From Felis catus (lineage: Eukaryota), in NCBI RefSeq assembly GCF_018350175.1, contig NC_058368.1, forward strand, positions 2,790,001-2,854,000: a DNA stretch of 64,000 nt, given 5' to 3'. Position 1 is the stretch's first letter. Each line of letters opens with the position of its first letter. The notes below the pieces were generated by a model, which saw nothing but the letters and a program-made list of their open reading frames with translations, made no database searches and had not been told where the DNA came from. Positions 1 to 13,570 of the stretch are shown here, piece after piece. Position numbers and translations under genes: made by a program.

Positions 1-439
1 GTCAATCTCCTGGGGCTCTGCTGGAATCGGCTGCCATTCCTTGCTTGTCAGTGGCTGGAATATTCCAAAGCAGTCTTTGGGGAGTCCTGCCGGGTTTGAG
101 TGACCAGAACAGGGATCGTTTCAACCCCCACCCCAAGAGAACACACGTTTGTCGAGTCAAGCAAATTCAGGGTGGAATCTTTAGGGCGCTGGCCCAATGG
201 CTGTACGTTAGAATCGGCACTGGGATTTTTTTTGGAAAGTCCCATTTCCTGGCCTTGATTCTGGAGATTCTGATTGGCTGGGGCAGTGCAGACGGCAGCA
301 TGAGAAATGTTCATTTCAATGCTGCGATGACAAACTATCTGCATTTACCGACCGCAACACTTACAGGCACACCCTCATTTTGCTAGGCGTTTATGTATTT
401 CTGGCTAAATTCTAACTGAGCATGGGAGAAAGGGCTGCA

Positions 440-545
440 TTTTCTGAGAAGCCATTGCTGATTCAGTGGGTCTAGTGTGAGGCCTGTCTCTGGGGATGTG
501 TTATTTTTTAAGCTCCTCTGATGGTTCTAGGCAGGGTCTGGAATA
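440..545. mobile_element. MER5-like hAT-Charlie DNA transposon relic
   Basis: 'ctgattcagtgggtctagtgtgaggcctg...ttttaagctcctctgatggttct' resembles the MER5A core (gattcagtaggtctggggtggggcc...aacaagctcccaggtgattct); heavily diverged. Confidence 0.5.
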
Positions 546-2859
546 TTGTGACTTACAGAATTTTAAAATGTGAGCCTCTCAAGTGAACCTTGGCATTCCT
601 GACTCCTCGGACTGTGCCAGGCGTGACCTGGGGCCTTCAGAGGACCCAAAGTTCCTCCAGGGGTCCCAGTGAAGCATTCACCAGGTGCCTGGATAGCATA
701 ATGCAAACGTTGAGCCCCATGGAATGTTTTGATCACTTAGAAATACCACGTTGCGTGTGTTGGTGGGAGAAAAGCCTCTTCAAACTGAGATGAACCCCTT
801 TTACCTGACTCCTGTGCTAACACCCCCAACCCTGGCTCATTTAGTTCCTGAGCAAATCCTCCTAATGGTGGTGGGTGCTGGGTGGGGACTGCCTTCAGAG
901 GTCCCGAGACGAATGGAAAACAGGAGGAGGAAAGGACTTTTGTGCATTGCATTTCCTTCTTTAAAGCAAAATTCTGCACCTTACTTGTTCCAGTCTCACA
1001 CTTTGAGCATACCATGGACAATAGTGGGCACTAAAGGACGTTCCAGCCCTGCCTGGCTCGGTCCCATGGAGGCGAGAGAACGGTGTAGAGACCCAAGGCT
1101 GCCCACCACCTCCTGCTAGTGAACACCACAGTCAGCAATGACTTCTTCCATTACAAAGGAAGGTGACTGTTGATGGGACAGCCAAGGTCTTAGACTAGCA
1201 AAGTGATACTGTGGATTGAAAAGGAATCCTGACCTTACCGAGCCCTCGGCGTATGGCCTGCTATTCCATGACACGGTTTTGAATTGGAAAGCAGTTTTGC
1301 GGGTTGCGATCAATGGGTAGGACGATGCCTTCCTATAGCTCAGAGGAATATGATCCCATAAGTGGTATAAAGTCAGCAGACGGGGGGGGGGGGGGGCAAT
1401 GAACACTTCCAGGAGGAAAAGGAGAAGCACTGAAGGTGGGCTGAAAAGTCAAGCCCTTTGAAGTGATCTATTATTCAAAAACCACAACATTTCTCTGACC
1501 CCAGGATTCTTCACGGGAAGAATGTATAGATTTTTTTTTTAGCAGCATTTTTAGTAAGTAGGTTATCTTTAGGATAGAAAGGTCAGCTCTAGGCAGAAAG
1601 GGTAACTTATAATTATCACCATGTTTTTCAGCCAATGGATTACTGTGAAAATACCATCCCTGTGTCAAAATCGGTGTTTAAAATATGCAGTTGATTTCAC
1701 AGACGTCTCTTCACAGATTCTTTCCCATTCCCTGCTGCCCCCCTACCCCCCCAGGGAAGCTCTGTGTCGTCTCCACAGCCCAGGATGCCAGGCTTCCTCT
1801 CTGTCCCTTTCTCCATCTGACCACCTGCTGTGCATCCTTCAGCCACCACCTCGGATGTCCCCGACTCGTGGCCGATTTCTCCTGCTCCCTCTAGACGAAG
1901 CTGATCGCTCAAATATCAGTGGGCTCAACCTTCAGTGCATTTTTCACCCCTCTGTTATAGGAGATGTTCCTATCACATGGTCATTTATTCCGTAAACGTC
2001 TACCTGCCTTACTATGCTGGGAAATCTAAGGGAGTAGACAGTGTCTCATGTGGCTCTGGGTTTCTCGGTTCCAGCAAGGTGTCTCAGGCAGAGCTGGCAC
2101 TCCGAGAACGTGGTGCCCAGTGGATAAGGAATTACGGTGGGATCACACTGTCTACAGAACACTGGGAACTGTAGCGCCTTCCTTATTATCGGGTCAGACA
2201 CAAACACACGGCAACTTTTAATTGGAAAGGATGACAACTAGAAGGGTGTCCCCAGAATAACTCCCACCTTGGAAAGACCTCGATGTCTGGTATTCGCAGG
2301 GCACCTAGTAAATCCTAAGTGCTCACCACGCTTGTTGAACCCCCAAACCTTGAAATGTGCATTGCAGACATTATTAACGACTGGTGGATGAGAAGGCCAG
2401 CACGTAAAGGGAGCAGTGACTTGTCAGGTGTCGCCCAGCAGCCCGGGGCCAGCGTGAGGCTCCTCCCCTGGTTCCCAGCCCTGAGCTCGGCGCTCAAGCC
2501 CAGAGCAGGGCTTCTGCGGTAGAGCGTAGAGGTCAGAAAATCCGGAGTGCATTTGATACATAGCCCCAGACTTCTCTGTTCCTAGGTTTGCTTGTTCAGG
2601 AAAATCAGTGATCTGGATATGCATTGCAAATGAGCCAAGCTGCGGCAGTCGTGTGGGTGGGAGCACGTGGGAACCAGCTGTCCACGCGTCTTGTCTTCCG
2701 CATCGCCTGTGCTCCAAATGGCACGCAGAATTCCTGAGGACCCCGGGTCCTGCAAAGCGGTGAGCGCGTCTGTGGGAGGTTTCCATCCGTCATTGTCAAC
2801 TCCAGAATTCACATCGATTTTGCTGTTTCTAACATAAACTGTGACTATTGCTGGGGTTT

Positions 2860-3420
2860 GAGGGTTTGTAACGAGCAATAAAATACAAGTGGACGTTCAA
2901 TTTACTTAAAGCTTATACATGTCAGCACCTAACTAAATAGAAAAGAGGAGGAAAAATAAACTGACAATGATTAATATCACTAATGATTTGTTTTGCTTAT
3001 TTTCTAAAGTAGTAACTTGATCCTCTCTGTTTAAAATCGGCAGAGAAATGATAGGAGGAAGCGCTAAGGCAATTAGCTGCTGTCATTCCTTGCTCCTTTG
3101 CCACTGTTGGGGCAAATTTGGTTTTCCCGCGAGGTTAAATGTGCATGTATTAATTTTCATTCGGCAGGAAACGATGATGAGGTTATGAATGTGTTCGTAA
3201 AGGTAAACACGTCTAATTTAACGTTGATTATTCGTATAAACTGACACGCTAGCGAAGCAGTGGCTGGTGAAATGCCAATTTCCTAGCATCTGTAGGTACA
3301 AACTGTGAAGTCATCCATTGAATTCATTAAAGTGCATTTAATGTTGGCAGATTTTGCCTTCTGTGTGAGCAAATCGAGACGAGAACAGATTTGGAGGCTG
3401 GCAAGAACTCTGAGAATTGG
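2860..3420. promoter_or_regulatory. Candidate conserved non-coding element / enhancer
   Basis: No recognisable repeat; AT-rich with retained CpGs; many TAAT/ATTA cores, FOX site GTAAACA near 3203, palindrome cattaaa-gtgca-tttaatg (3325-3343). Conservation is inferred, not tested. Confidence 0.35.
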
Positions 3421-4211
3421 TGGAGACATTTAACCCTAGCTTTTAACTGAGATCCTAGGAAAACCAAGCAACATCAACACGTTTTTTGTTAAGATATTTA
3501 ATAATTGGTGGGTTCTCCTTAGGATCTCAGCGTGCTAATCTCGACATCATTTCCTTTCTTCTCACACTGCATTTGAGGGCAAAGGGTTTCAGGCATTTAT
3601 TCTTCCTTTTTGAGTCTTCTCTGGTCTGATGACTCCGGCTATTGAGCTGCGTTTTGCAACTGGCCCCAGGAATTCCAGAATGTCCTTAGGAAAGCAGCTC
3701 CAGATACTGCCAATTAAACAATGTCAAAATGTCCAAAAGCCGCTTTGAATTGCAGATTCGGGCTATAAAGGAATTAGCAGCCACGGTGTAAAGAGAGGCC
3801 TAGAGAGTGTTTCAAAATGGTGCTCGCTCGTGAATTGCACCACTGGCACTGGCTTGAAGGAGGAACTTGGTGTCTGAGGCTTTGCGTGAAGTTTCCGTTA
3901 CTGCAGAGAGTGCCTGAATATGTTCTGCCATGGTGAGGAATCGTGGCTAGTTAATTGCTTCTGAAGGGTGGCTTGAAATGAGAGCCGGTGACGATGGTGA
4001 GAAAGAAAACCAGGCTCCCTTGGGACAGACGAGGCCGGGGTCTTCAATATTCAGGCCTACAAGGCCGTGACGGTTTGATTCTTTCACACTCCGAGGAAAC
4101 TCTAAGATCTCCTTCTTCTTTACCTATTGTTGGCTCATTAAGACCGCCAAATGAAAACAGATTGTTGAAAATTAACTTCTTAATTTAGGAATGCTGGTTA
4201 TGCTCCGGAGG

Positions 4212-4415
4212 AGATATTGGCAAACTTTGGATCCTGGGGCGCCCCACCTGGTTTTGCAAATAGAGTTGTATTAGAACACAGCCCAGCTTATTCATTTCCA
4301 TATCGCCCATGGCTGCTTTCCCCGAAACCAGCAGAGTGTAGGAGCTGGGAAAGAGACAGCGTGACTCACGGAGCCTACCTCTGCTGGCCCCGTTCACCAG
4401 AAATATCACGTGGAC
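4212..4415 (-). mobile_element. MER58A-like hAT-Charlie element
   Basis: 'ggcaaact...cctggttttgcaaatagagttgtattagaacacagcc...catggctgctttc...gcagagtgtaggagctgggaaagagac' is collinear with the remembered MER58A consensus. Confidence 0.8.
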
Positions 4416-4419
4416 CATG

Positions 4420-4669
4420 TACGTAATCTAGTCTAGTGACCACAGAAGAAATACATATGAGTAAAATTCATCGTAATAGTTTTTTATGTAACGCGACATA
4501 TCTAGCTACTGTCACTTCAGTAACTAACGATGCAAAAACCAATGATGTATTTACATTCTTTTCCTCACATGGGGACCAAAATCTAGAGCTTACGTTAAGC
4601 TTGGAGCACGTCTCCATTTGCATGAGCCACATTTCGAAGGCTTAACGTCTACCCAAATGGAGGGCACAG
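4420..4669 (+). mobile_element. MER33-like hAT-Charlie element
   Basis: 'tatttacattcttttcc...agcacgtctccatttgcatgagccacatttcgaagg' resembles the MER33 right half. Confidence 0.65.
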
Positions 4670-5279
4670 CTCTAGAGAGAGTGTTGCTACCTTGATCTTT
4701 TCATTCACTGCCTAGAACATTTGTGGGTTGGTACCCCACCAGCTCCTTCAGCCTTCTCCGTAATTGTAATCTCAGTTCTGGGATGACAGGAGCTTCTTTG
4801 AAGTGCACTAGATACTTCTGGCATTATTTGGCTCTGGAATGGCAAGATCAAAGAGTCCTAAAAGCAGAATAACTTCTGCAATAACTTCACATCGTAACAT
4901 CTGCTTACGATCCTCAAATGGAGGCCCTGTGATACGGAGAGGTGGTTCCCTTTGTTGGATCTTTTACCTAAAAGGCCAGCTCACTTTTTTTTCTAATCAA
5001 TCCCTATTATCAGGTTCTACAATTTCTGCTTTTTTGTCTGTGGTAGCATAAGTGCTGTGCAAGAAAGCTAAGCTGAAAACCTCAAAACTGGATTGGGAAT
5101 CCAGCTAAGTTTTTGATGTCTGTTGAAGAAGCCTCCAGGGACGTGTTTGGTCAGACCCATAGCTTCTCTTGCTTCTGTGTTAAGTCAGACCACACTTTTG
5201 GCTGCATTGCTGAATTACTTCCATCCAGATATATAGGAAAGAGAGAAAAGGCATTTATTTTTACAGACACTTTCATATT

Positions 5280-5517
5280 TTTAAACCATTTTTTAATGTT
5301 TATTGATTTTCGAGACAGAGAGAGAAAGAGAGAGAGAGAGTCAGAGCGTGAGGGAGGAAGGGACAGAGAGAGAGAGAGGGAGACACGGAATCTGAAGCAG
5401 GCTCCAGGCTCTGAGCTGTCAGCACAGAGCCTCATGAGGGGCTCGAACCCACGAGCCGGGAGATCATGACCTGAGCCGAAGTCGGCCGCTTAACCAACTG
5501 AGCCACCCAGGCGCCCC
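5280..5517 (-). mobile_element. Can-SINE (SINEC_Fc type)
   Basis: Reverse strand starts ggggcgcctgggtggctcagttggttaagcg, with tRNA-like A/B boxes (gggttcgagccc), a (CT)n tract and an A-rich tail. Confidence 0.97.
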
Positions 5518-6139
5518 TCAAATCATTTTTTAAAGCGGGAAAGATTCATCTTTATTTTATTTGGCTCAGTATATAGAAAATTAATATAAAACTCAACATT
5601 GGTTCAAAAAACCAAAAAATAATATCTCAAACCAGAAAGAGAGTTCCTTTTCATCAGAGCGATAAGGGGTAGAGAGAGAGAGAGTGAGGATTCATTTATA
5701 AATGGTAGGATATTCTGCTACCATGTACATTTGGACGCCATTAAGGCCCTGGGCAGGATCTCTTGTTTGTGAGTTTACAGTTATGTATTCTCTTGGTCGC
5801 AAAGTTCAACGTTCCATTAGTCACCAACAGTTTAGCAGAACAAAGCTGTTGCCATTTGATACTTATAATTTAATATGTAAGAGCTGAGGGCTGAAACGAA
5901 GTGTAAATGAAACGCCAATCTATGGGGTCCTTGTCTCTCTGTGTAGTTTTCATATATTTTGTTCTAATTTCACCTGCATTGATGAAATGGGCCAAATTGG
6001 ATTAAGGGGAATTGAAGTGGAGGGGTGGGGGCAGAGGTAAAGTAGACCTAGAAGCTTTGACCCCCGGCCACCTGGGAGGTCTTGACTGATTTGTTTAGGT
6101 TGGGAAGGTAGACATGAGTCATCTTATTGTAAGGAGTAG

Positions 6140-6295
6140 AGGATCTGGGTTTAACGTGGGTCTCGCTGAGGTAACACGATAGCTCATTTCTGAGTCTTCC
6201 TTCCACTGGAAAATAAAACTGCTTATAGATATTCTACTCACCCTACAGAATTGTTGTGAAAATCAACAAAGTTAATATGATAATACATCGTGACC
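6140..6295 (+). mobile_element. MIR fragment
   Basis: 'ctgggtttaa...ctcaccctacagaattgttgtgaaaatcaac' resembles the MIR core and 3' part. Confidence 0.55.
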
Positions 6296-7841
6296 TAAAA
6301 GGCCCAGAGACATAAAGCTATCATAGTAACTTTCAAGAATGAATATCCATCCAGCTCATTAAAGGTTGAGGAGCTTTTGTCTTTTGTCCACATCTGGGTC
6401 CAAAGTCTTTCATCCAATCCCAAAGGGGACCCAAGTGGCATGAAAATGGGTAGCTTTCCCAGTGGGTTATGATCTAACTTTTACGAATTTCTTTTAGCAG
6501 TCAAGAGAAAAAGGTGTAACAAGATATAACCAACTTGATTGAAGGAGGATCAAGGAGGCATAACGTAAGAAAATAATTTTATTTTTATTTTTTTTCAACT
6601 TTTTGCTGTTTGGGTTATCCCAGAAAAACAATCCTCATCGTTTCAAAATGATGGGTTCAGAGAAAGTGCGTAATGCAGTCCTGGCGCACTGCAATCTGGC
6701 TTGTGTGAAAAATCTCTGTGTCTTGTTACAAAGAAGGGACATCTTATATAATCCTACTAGTGCACTTAATTAGCCTTGGAAGACCCAGGCAATCTGTATT
6801 TAGTGAGAAGCCTGATTACCTATTGAACAAAGAATAAAAGAAAATTTGGAAGCGACTGCTTTGGAAAGTGCAGTAAAATGCCTATTTTCTTGCCAGGGTT
6901 TTATCTGAAAGTGGAAAAACCAGGGTTCAGAAGTCTGTGGATCAGGGAGACTTTTAGCTCAGAGATGTCTGAATTTAAACATTTGTTCTGTTGTGCCTCA
7001 CAGGTCTCCTGATGTCGGAAGGACCTTAGGAATAAAAATGTTGTAACAGGTCCTGCTAATGTAGCCATGAAATCACAGAGGTTGCACACAGCATTCATTT
7101 AGAAATATATACATTTTTTCAATAGATCATGGGGAGACAACTTGATGACTCATTTTAAGTCTGGAAGGTTTGAAGTTGAGGAAACCACTTCGCCGAGGAA
7201 GGTTGTGGGGATGGCGGCTGTGGCAGTCATAAAGACGCACAAGGAGGCTCTCAGTTTGTCAAAGGGAATGTAAATATGGATTTGCTGGAAGGTGGGATGC
7301 TCTCTCAAGTTCCTCTCAACGCCTGCGTTTTAAGATGATCAACAACAAAAAAAGACGCTCCATTAATTGCATTTCATTGCATATGGTGTCCTGTCTTCTT
7401 TACTTCATTCCACCCTCTCTCTTCAGGCTCTGGTGGGAGTCACTGTGCTTCAGATAGACCTACTTGGGTCGCTTATAACATCGTCCTCATGAGTGTCTGG
7501 TTTAATCCATGAAGAGCGTCTCATAGCCTTGGATGCATATTTCACCCTCCAGTGACAGTTTGATTTCTTTTTGTTCTTCACAGATCTCTTCCCTGTATCC
7601 AGGGAAGTTTTTCTCCTTTAAAACCTCCAGTACTGTCTCCCTTTGCCCTTGGAAGACTTTTACCTTCCTATCTTTTATTTTCACGGAGGTAGGATTTAAG
7701 ATAGAGCACAGCCGTGCCATTTTGAAAGTCTTCCCTAACTGCTTTGGGCCTCCATTGTTTTTTCCAGTTTTATTGAGATGCCATTGACGCAGAACATTGT
7801 ATTCGTTTCGGGTAGGCAGCATAAGGCTCTGAGACAGGTCT

Positions 7842-7925
7842 AGGTTGTGAAGTGATCACCACGGCAAGTGGACTCAACAGCCGTTCCCTCACGTAGTTAC
7901 AAGTTTTCTTTATTCCTGTGATGAG
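7842..7925 (-). mobile_element. Short L1 3'-UTR fragment (L1MA/L1_Carn-like)
   Basis: 'ttgtgaagtgatcaccacggcaagt...ctcacgtagttacaagttttc...tgtgatgag' resembles the antisense L1MA9-type 3' end. Confidence 0.55.
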
Positions 7926-8959
7926 TGAGCCTCAGTGTCATCACAGGCACAATGTGAGGCATCACATGCCCTTCGTGTTTGAGAAATAGGATGATGGCAA
8001 TGTACCTGGCACCTGGTGCATTTATGGAACACATTTCCAAACGAATGCATGTTGACTTGCCCCAAGCATTTGACAGATTCCCTTAAGCAGTCGATTGGGT
8101 GGTCAGAGCACGCGTTTTGGTCTTTAGTTCAGGTGTTGTCTTCTTGAAAAAGACTATGTGGTGGTGTCTCATGGAGAGGGAACCACGCTCTCTGCTCATG
8201 CCCTGCTTTGTTTTTCTCTCTCATCCTGTGTTACCATCATGTGGGTAAGCGTATAGGCGGTTCCCTCGGTCTTACTCTTTTCTCTAGAATAAGAGAGAGA
8301 GATAAACCATAAATCATTTTTAATTGAAGTCCTGAGTCTCTGATGCAAAATGCTAAGTGCCGGACAGTAACCATCCTCGCTTTAACAAACTGTAAAAATA
8401 GAAGAAATCTCTAAGAGAAGGGACCCCCTTGCTAACCATCCCCCCCACCCAGCTGTGAATGGCCTTTTCTCTAGCAGTATGCATGGGGTTGGAAGGTGAC
8501 ACACAATATACCTCCTAAGTTTTCCAGCTAGAGTAAGCATAGATTGCTATCAAAATTATCACCCTCACCAACTAATATGTTCTAAGTGGCGGATGGGTTT
8601 GAACCTTGTGTTTGCTCTCGTTGATTGGATTGGAGCAGAAAGGGAGGCAGTGTGGAGGGTTATAGGGGTATACAATGCCCCGGTTTAGCTTTTAATAGAA
8701 CTGAAATCGCTTCATTATTCCCTTTGTATCCCATTTGCTGACTGAAGAGTGAGGACAGAGGCTATAGGCAAAAGGGTCCGGCTCTAAAACGCTCACGCGA
8801 CCCGTGTTTTGGAGACCATCGTTAGCTGGCTGCATCCTGTACTGAACATCTCAGACTTTAAGTGGAAAGAAAATCAATGCATTTAGGTTTATATCTTCAC
8901 TTACAGATCTTATCCTTCAAGTCATCAGAAAATAAGTGGTGGAGAAAGCCTTCACTTAC

Positions 8960-9090
8960 TAATTTGACAAGCATTTGTTGAACCTCTATCATCACATAGA
9001 AAGCGCCGGTGGGTGCTAACGAGAGGAAAAACAGGCAGGGAGTCTCTGCCTGCTAGGAGTCTTCGGACATTCGGGGAGACATACAATGAT
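8960..9090 (-). mobile_element. L2 3' end fragment
   Basis: 'gacaagcatttgttgaacctcta...gtctctgcctgctaggagtc' is a typical antisense L2 terminus. Confidence 0.5.
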
Positions 9091-9424
9091 ATCAATGTGG
9101 TAAAGAGTCCAGTAGAGAAAAACCTTAAGGTGTCCTAGAGACACGTGGGAGAGAGTCAACCCAGAGGGGCGCTGAGGTCTGGAAAGTCCACGGATACTGG
9201 AACACATGATGGATGTCTAATGTCATTGAGGAGGCCTTCAGGCAGAGATTATCCCTTGTTTTACATCACAGCATTCACAATGGGAAAATGCACTGTGTGA
9301 AGGAAGTGTATAAAGCTTTATGTTGCAGGACATTCCTCACCGATCATTAAAAGAACACAGTAGGAGAGAAACAATCAAGGCAACGAATACCAGACATCCC
9401 TTAGTCCAGACTTCTGTAGTGAGG

Positions 9425-10010
9425 TTCATGTGTGTCGGGCACTGTTGAGGACTAGGGGTACAGGTGTGAGCAAGACGATGTCTTTGCCCTTAAGAGAACT
9501 TTCATTTTCTACTGGGAGGGGACATACAATAAATTCATACACAACTAAAGAATGCAGGGTCATTTCGTTTCATTTTATTGAAGTTTAGTTGACACACAAT
9601 GTTACATTAGTTTCAAGTGTATGCCACAGTGATTCGACCACTCTGGACATTGTGTCCTGCTCGCAAGTGTACCTCCCATCTGTCACCATACGTCGCTATT
9701 ACGATACCGTTGACTCTGTTCCCTGTGCTCTACCTTTCATCTGGTGACTCTCTCCTTTTAGATATTGGTAAGAGCTGTGGCCAGGATGAGAGGAATGGTG
9801 GTTGTTTTCTACAGGGTGATCAGAGATGGCTGTGTGAGGGAGAACTAAATGATGAGAAAAAAGGCAGCATGTGCAAAGGTCCTGGGAAGGGAATGAGCCT
9901 AAATGTCTAAGTAACAAAAAGGACACCAGCGTTTGCTGGAGCTGGGTGACTCAGGTGGGAGATGGGAGGCAGTGAGGCCAGGGGGACAGACGGGGCCCAG
10001 GGCATGGAGG
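9425..10010 (-). mobile_element. L2 fragment interrupted by an L1 piece
   Basis: 'tgtgtcgggcactgttgagg...tctttgcccttaagagaactt' and 'gcagcatgtgcaaaggtcctggg...gctggagc' are L2a-type antisense motifs on both sides of 9563-9750. Confidence 0.75.
9563..9750 (-). mobile_element. 5'-truncated carnivore L1 3' end (L1_Carn-like)
   Basis: 'ttattgaagtttagttgacacacaatgttacattagtttcaagtgta...catctgtcaccatac...ttccctgtgctctaccttt'. Confidence 0.85.
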
Positions 10011-10626
10011 TCGGCATCAGAAACCCCCGCTCCGTTACCACAGGGAGAACCCTTCAACACAGCAGTTATGGGGAAATAGCCAGTGGCGGCGTGTATTTCC
10101 TACCAAGTATCAGAAGAATCGTTATTACAAAACAACCCCTCTGTTTAAGGAAGGTTCAAAAGCCTCAGACCTAACTTAGTGGGTCTTTAAGCATCAGAGA
10201 ATTCAAACTCTCTAAATGAAAACAATGTGGAAGACCCCCTCTTCAGATCATCTCCTCTCTACACAGAAGCTCGTGTTAGGGGACAACGCTGTGACTGCAG
10301 TGAACTGGAGAGCCTTCAGGGTTAGTGTAGCACCTCTGTGTCCTCGGAGACTTGACATAGGAGAGTGATCCTGGGGATAGACTAAGTGAGCAGCAAGATG
10401 TCAAAAGCTGAATGCTGTGGTTTTAACGAAGTCATGGGTGGGATTTTATAGATTCCTTTGAGACTTGCCACTTAAAAGAGGAGAAAGCAAACACAGCCAT
10501 CTAGGAGTGAAAAGGGCCTGGGGCAGATGAGCAAATGTGCCATGAATCTTTCTGGTATGCTTTTGCTGGACAGCCTTTTCTCTCCTGGAAGATGAGAAGG
10601 TTATCAGTGCCACTGAACTGGGCCCG

Positions 10627-11160
10627 TAAGACATGGTCGGCTGAGACTCACTTAACGGTTATCTGTCTGCCTCCTTCTGTTCCTCACCAAACACACCAAA
10701 TGTTGGCTAGAACCAACTATCCACACAGGGTGTGCGATCCGCATTAGTGGCACTTGGCCATTGCATCGTCTTCATTAGCATAAGGTTGCTATTCCTGGAA
10801 ACTCTTACCCAGGCCAAAGACTTCATTGTCCATTTCACGGATGTCCAGAAAGACCCATCAACTCTTCGATAGGAAGCATCAACTGACAGTTTACCCCTTA
10901 CCTCGAAACCATTGTCTCGTTGCTTTCATCAACCTTAAGCGACTACATCTGGATATTTATCTGCTCCTGACCAAGCCGCCCACCCTGAAAGAGCCACCTT
11001 AAGCCAAACTTCAAAGTGCCCGTAAAATCCAACCTTGCTCTCCCCTTCTGAGATGCTACCCAAGTCCCGGAGGTGGGGAGGATGGCCTTCCCTACACTGG
11101 TAAGCAACAAGGTAGGTTATCAATGGGTTGTGTTGGTGGTATTTGGAGTTGGCACTGACA
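10627..11160 (+). mobile_element. Solo ERV1-class LTR (MER67/MER31-like)
   Basis: 3' part 'ccttctgagatgctac...ccctacactggtaagcaac...ttatcaatgggttgtgttggtggtatttggag...tgaca' resembles a MER67-type U5 end terminating in CA; 5' boundary uncertain. Confidence 0.6.
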
Positions 11161-11234
11161 TGCCAGAATTTGAGGGGGAAGAGATTTACCCGGATGAATG
11201 AGACAAAGCATTCATTCTGGTGCCTGAGACAGGC

Positions 11235-11975
11235 TAAAATATAATAAAACTAAGACCCTGAGAAGGCAAGCCGCACACTGGGGGAAAATATTTGCCAAAT
11301 TCCTATCTGATAAAGGACTGGTATCCAAAATATACAAAGAGCTCTCTAAATTCAACAATAAGAAAAAACCAACCCAATAAAAACATCTGAAAGATTTTTT
11401 TTTTCCCAAAAGATTTGAAAAGACACGTCACCAGACAAGATACACAAATCACAAACAAGCATATAAAAAGTGCTCAATGATCATCTGTCTCGAGGCAATT
11501 GCAAATGAAAACAACAACGAGATACGACTAAACACGATTAGATTGGACAAAATCCCACACACTGACAACACTAAATGCTGGTGAGGGCGTGGGGCAGCGG
11601 GAATTCTCACTCACTGCTGGTGGAAATAAAACGGTGCAGCCACTCTGGAGGACAGTTTGACAATTTCTGACAAAGCTAAACATGTTCTTATCGTGCAACC
11701 CAGCGATCACATTTCTTGGTATTTGCCCAAATGAACTGAAAACTTACGTCCATGCAAAACCCAGCACACCAACGTTTATGGCAGCTTCATTCCTAATTAC
11801 CAAAGGCTTAGATATCCTTCAGCAGGTGGATGGATAAACACACTGTGGTACGTCCAGACAGTGGGCTGTTATTCAGCTAAACAATAAATGAATTACATGG
11901 AGTAAATGATAACGCAAGATGCTGGAATAGGGGAAACGTGCTGGTGGACCTTTTGGCCTTTCTATAATAAACCTG
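11235..11975 (+). mobile_element. Old L1 (L1MC-like) ORF2 3' end / 3' UTR, decayed
   Basis: 'tatctgataaaggactggtatccaaaatatacaaaga', 'aaatgctggtgagggcgtggggcagcgggaattctcactcactgctggtgg', 'ggatggataaacacactgtggtac'. Confidence 0.9.
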
Positions 11976-12149
11976 ATACTCCCTGAAAAAACCACAAAAA
12001 TTATTCATTAGAGAAATAAATCAAAATTCCAGACAATTATAAAGTAACGAGATAAGTCACTTGGTGGAATTACATACCAGGTACAATGAATAGTATCAAA
12101 ACAACCTCCTCACCTAGACCAGCATGACCAGCAATGTTGTCAGGAAAGT

Positions 12150-12381
12150 GTTTTTTTTTTTTTTAATGTTTATTCTTGAGAGAGAGAGAGGGAGAAAGCA
12201 CACACACGAGTGGGCTGGGGAGGGGCAGACAGAGAGAGAGAGAGAGAGACAGAATCCGAAGCAGGCTCCGAGCTGTCAGCACAGAGCACAGAGCCCGACG
12301 CGGGACTCGAACCCACAAACCATGAGATCATGACTTGAGCCGAAGTCAGATGCTTCACCGACGGAGCCACCCAGGCGCCCC
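12150..12381 (-). mobile_element. Can-SINE with TSD, inserted in an L2 relic
   Basis: Full SINE body; TSD gtcaggaaagt at 12139-12149 and 12384-12394. Confidence 0.97.
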
Positions 12382-13479
12382 TAGTCAGGAAAGTTTTTGA
12401 TCGGGAGGTGACCCCTTGGCGAAGCCCCAAAGGGCGAGAATAGATGAGTTAGGGGAAGGGGGCATAAGGGCATTTGAAGTGAAGCAAGTAATATTTACCT
12501 GTGTTTGGGGTACGGAGGTGAGGGTCTTCAAGGTGCAAGGGAGAAGAGATGGGAGGGGTCAATATCATAAAGGGCCCCCCGTGCCAAGCTGAGGATCGCC
12601 TTTAGAAGGGATGTGACACGGTCAGTGCATATTTTTCTGGGCTCGTCTTGCACCGCCTGTGGCTAGCACAGTGCTGTTTGCACAGCGCATGTTCAGAAGA
12701 GTCGCCGAGGACACAGGGCAAAGGACATAGGACACAGGAAGAAGTCCAAACGTCTCTCCGTCTTGCTCAGCTTTCTCTCCTCCCGCTTGTAGAATGGTGT
12801 AGAGAAACCTCTTTTCCAACCCTGAGTGGGAACACATGATCTGATAATTGCATAAAACATTTGACATTTCGGGTTACCCCTGAAAATCTGGGTTGTGTGG
12901 CCTGTTTGAGAAAGAGGAATAAACATTTCTCTTCCCCATCGCTCAGAAAGCGGACGTATTTTATTCTGAGCTCCTACACAAAAAGTAGGAAGAGAGTTTG
13001 AAAGAAAGAAAAGGTCTAAAATGGGTTTCATTTATATAGTAAAATATTCCCGGGCTATATAACAGCATGACTTTGCACGGCACATAATGACTCTCTTTAT
13101 TAGTTTTAGCAACTTATTAGAGTTTTCTGGAGGCAGAATTTTCTATGAATAGTAGGAGGCACACACAGAGAAGCGTGCTCCCGAGACACCCTCGCTGACA
13201 GCGTAATCACGGCCCTGCCCGCGGCGTTACAGAGCAGACGTCCACGCGGCACGAGTGACTTCAAAGTCACTTTGTGTTCAGAGAAATTTACTGTAATTCC
13301 CCACACAAAGAAAGGACCTTTGAAAATTACCCTTAACACATTGTATCCCTATAATCCTTCACGTTTTTTGCCTTCCTGTAATTGGTACCGAAGTCATTAT
13401 CCGTTAAAAGCAAATTTTAAAATATAAGATCAAGGTTGGTTTTAGTCACGAAAAGAGACAGTTGAGGTCACTCGCCTTC

Positions 13480-13570
13480 GTCTCTCTCTCTCTCTCTCTC
13501 TCCCTCTTTCTCTCTCTCCGCTCCCTTCCTCCCTCTCCCTTCCACCCACCACCTCTCCTTCTTTCTTTTA
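13480..13570. repeat. CT-rich simple repeat
   Basis: (TC)n followed by a pyrimidine tract. Confidence 0.9.

Noticed and set aside
1382..1396. G15 homopolymer (and C14 at 50340-50353)
   Set aside because: Ordinary mononucleotide runs whose length may be a sequencing artefact
5113..5469. Recurrent ORFs such as 'ERETRNLKQAPGSELSAQS' and 'GAWVAQSV' at many positions
   Set aside because: These are translations of Can-SINE sequence, not a gene family
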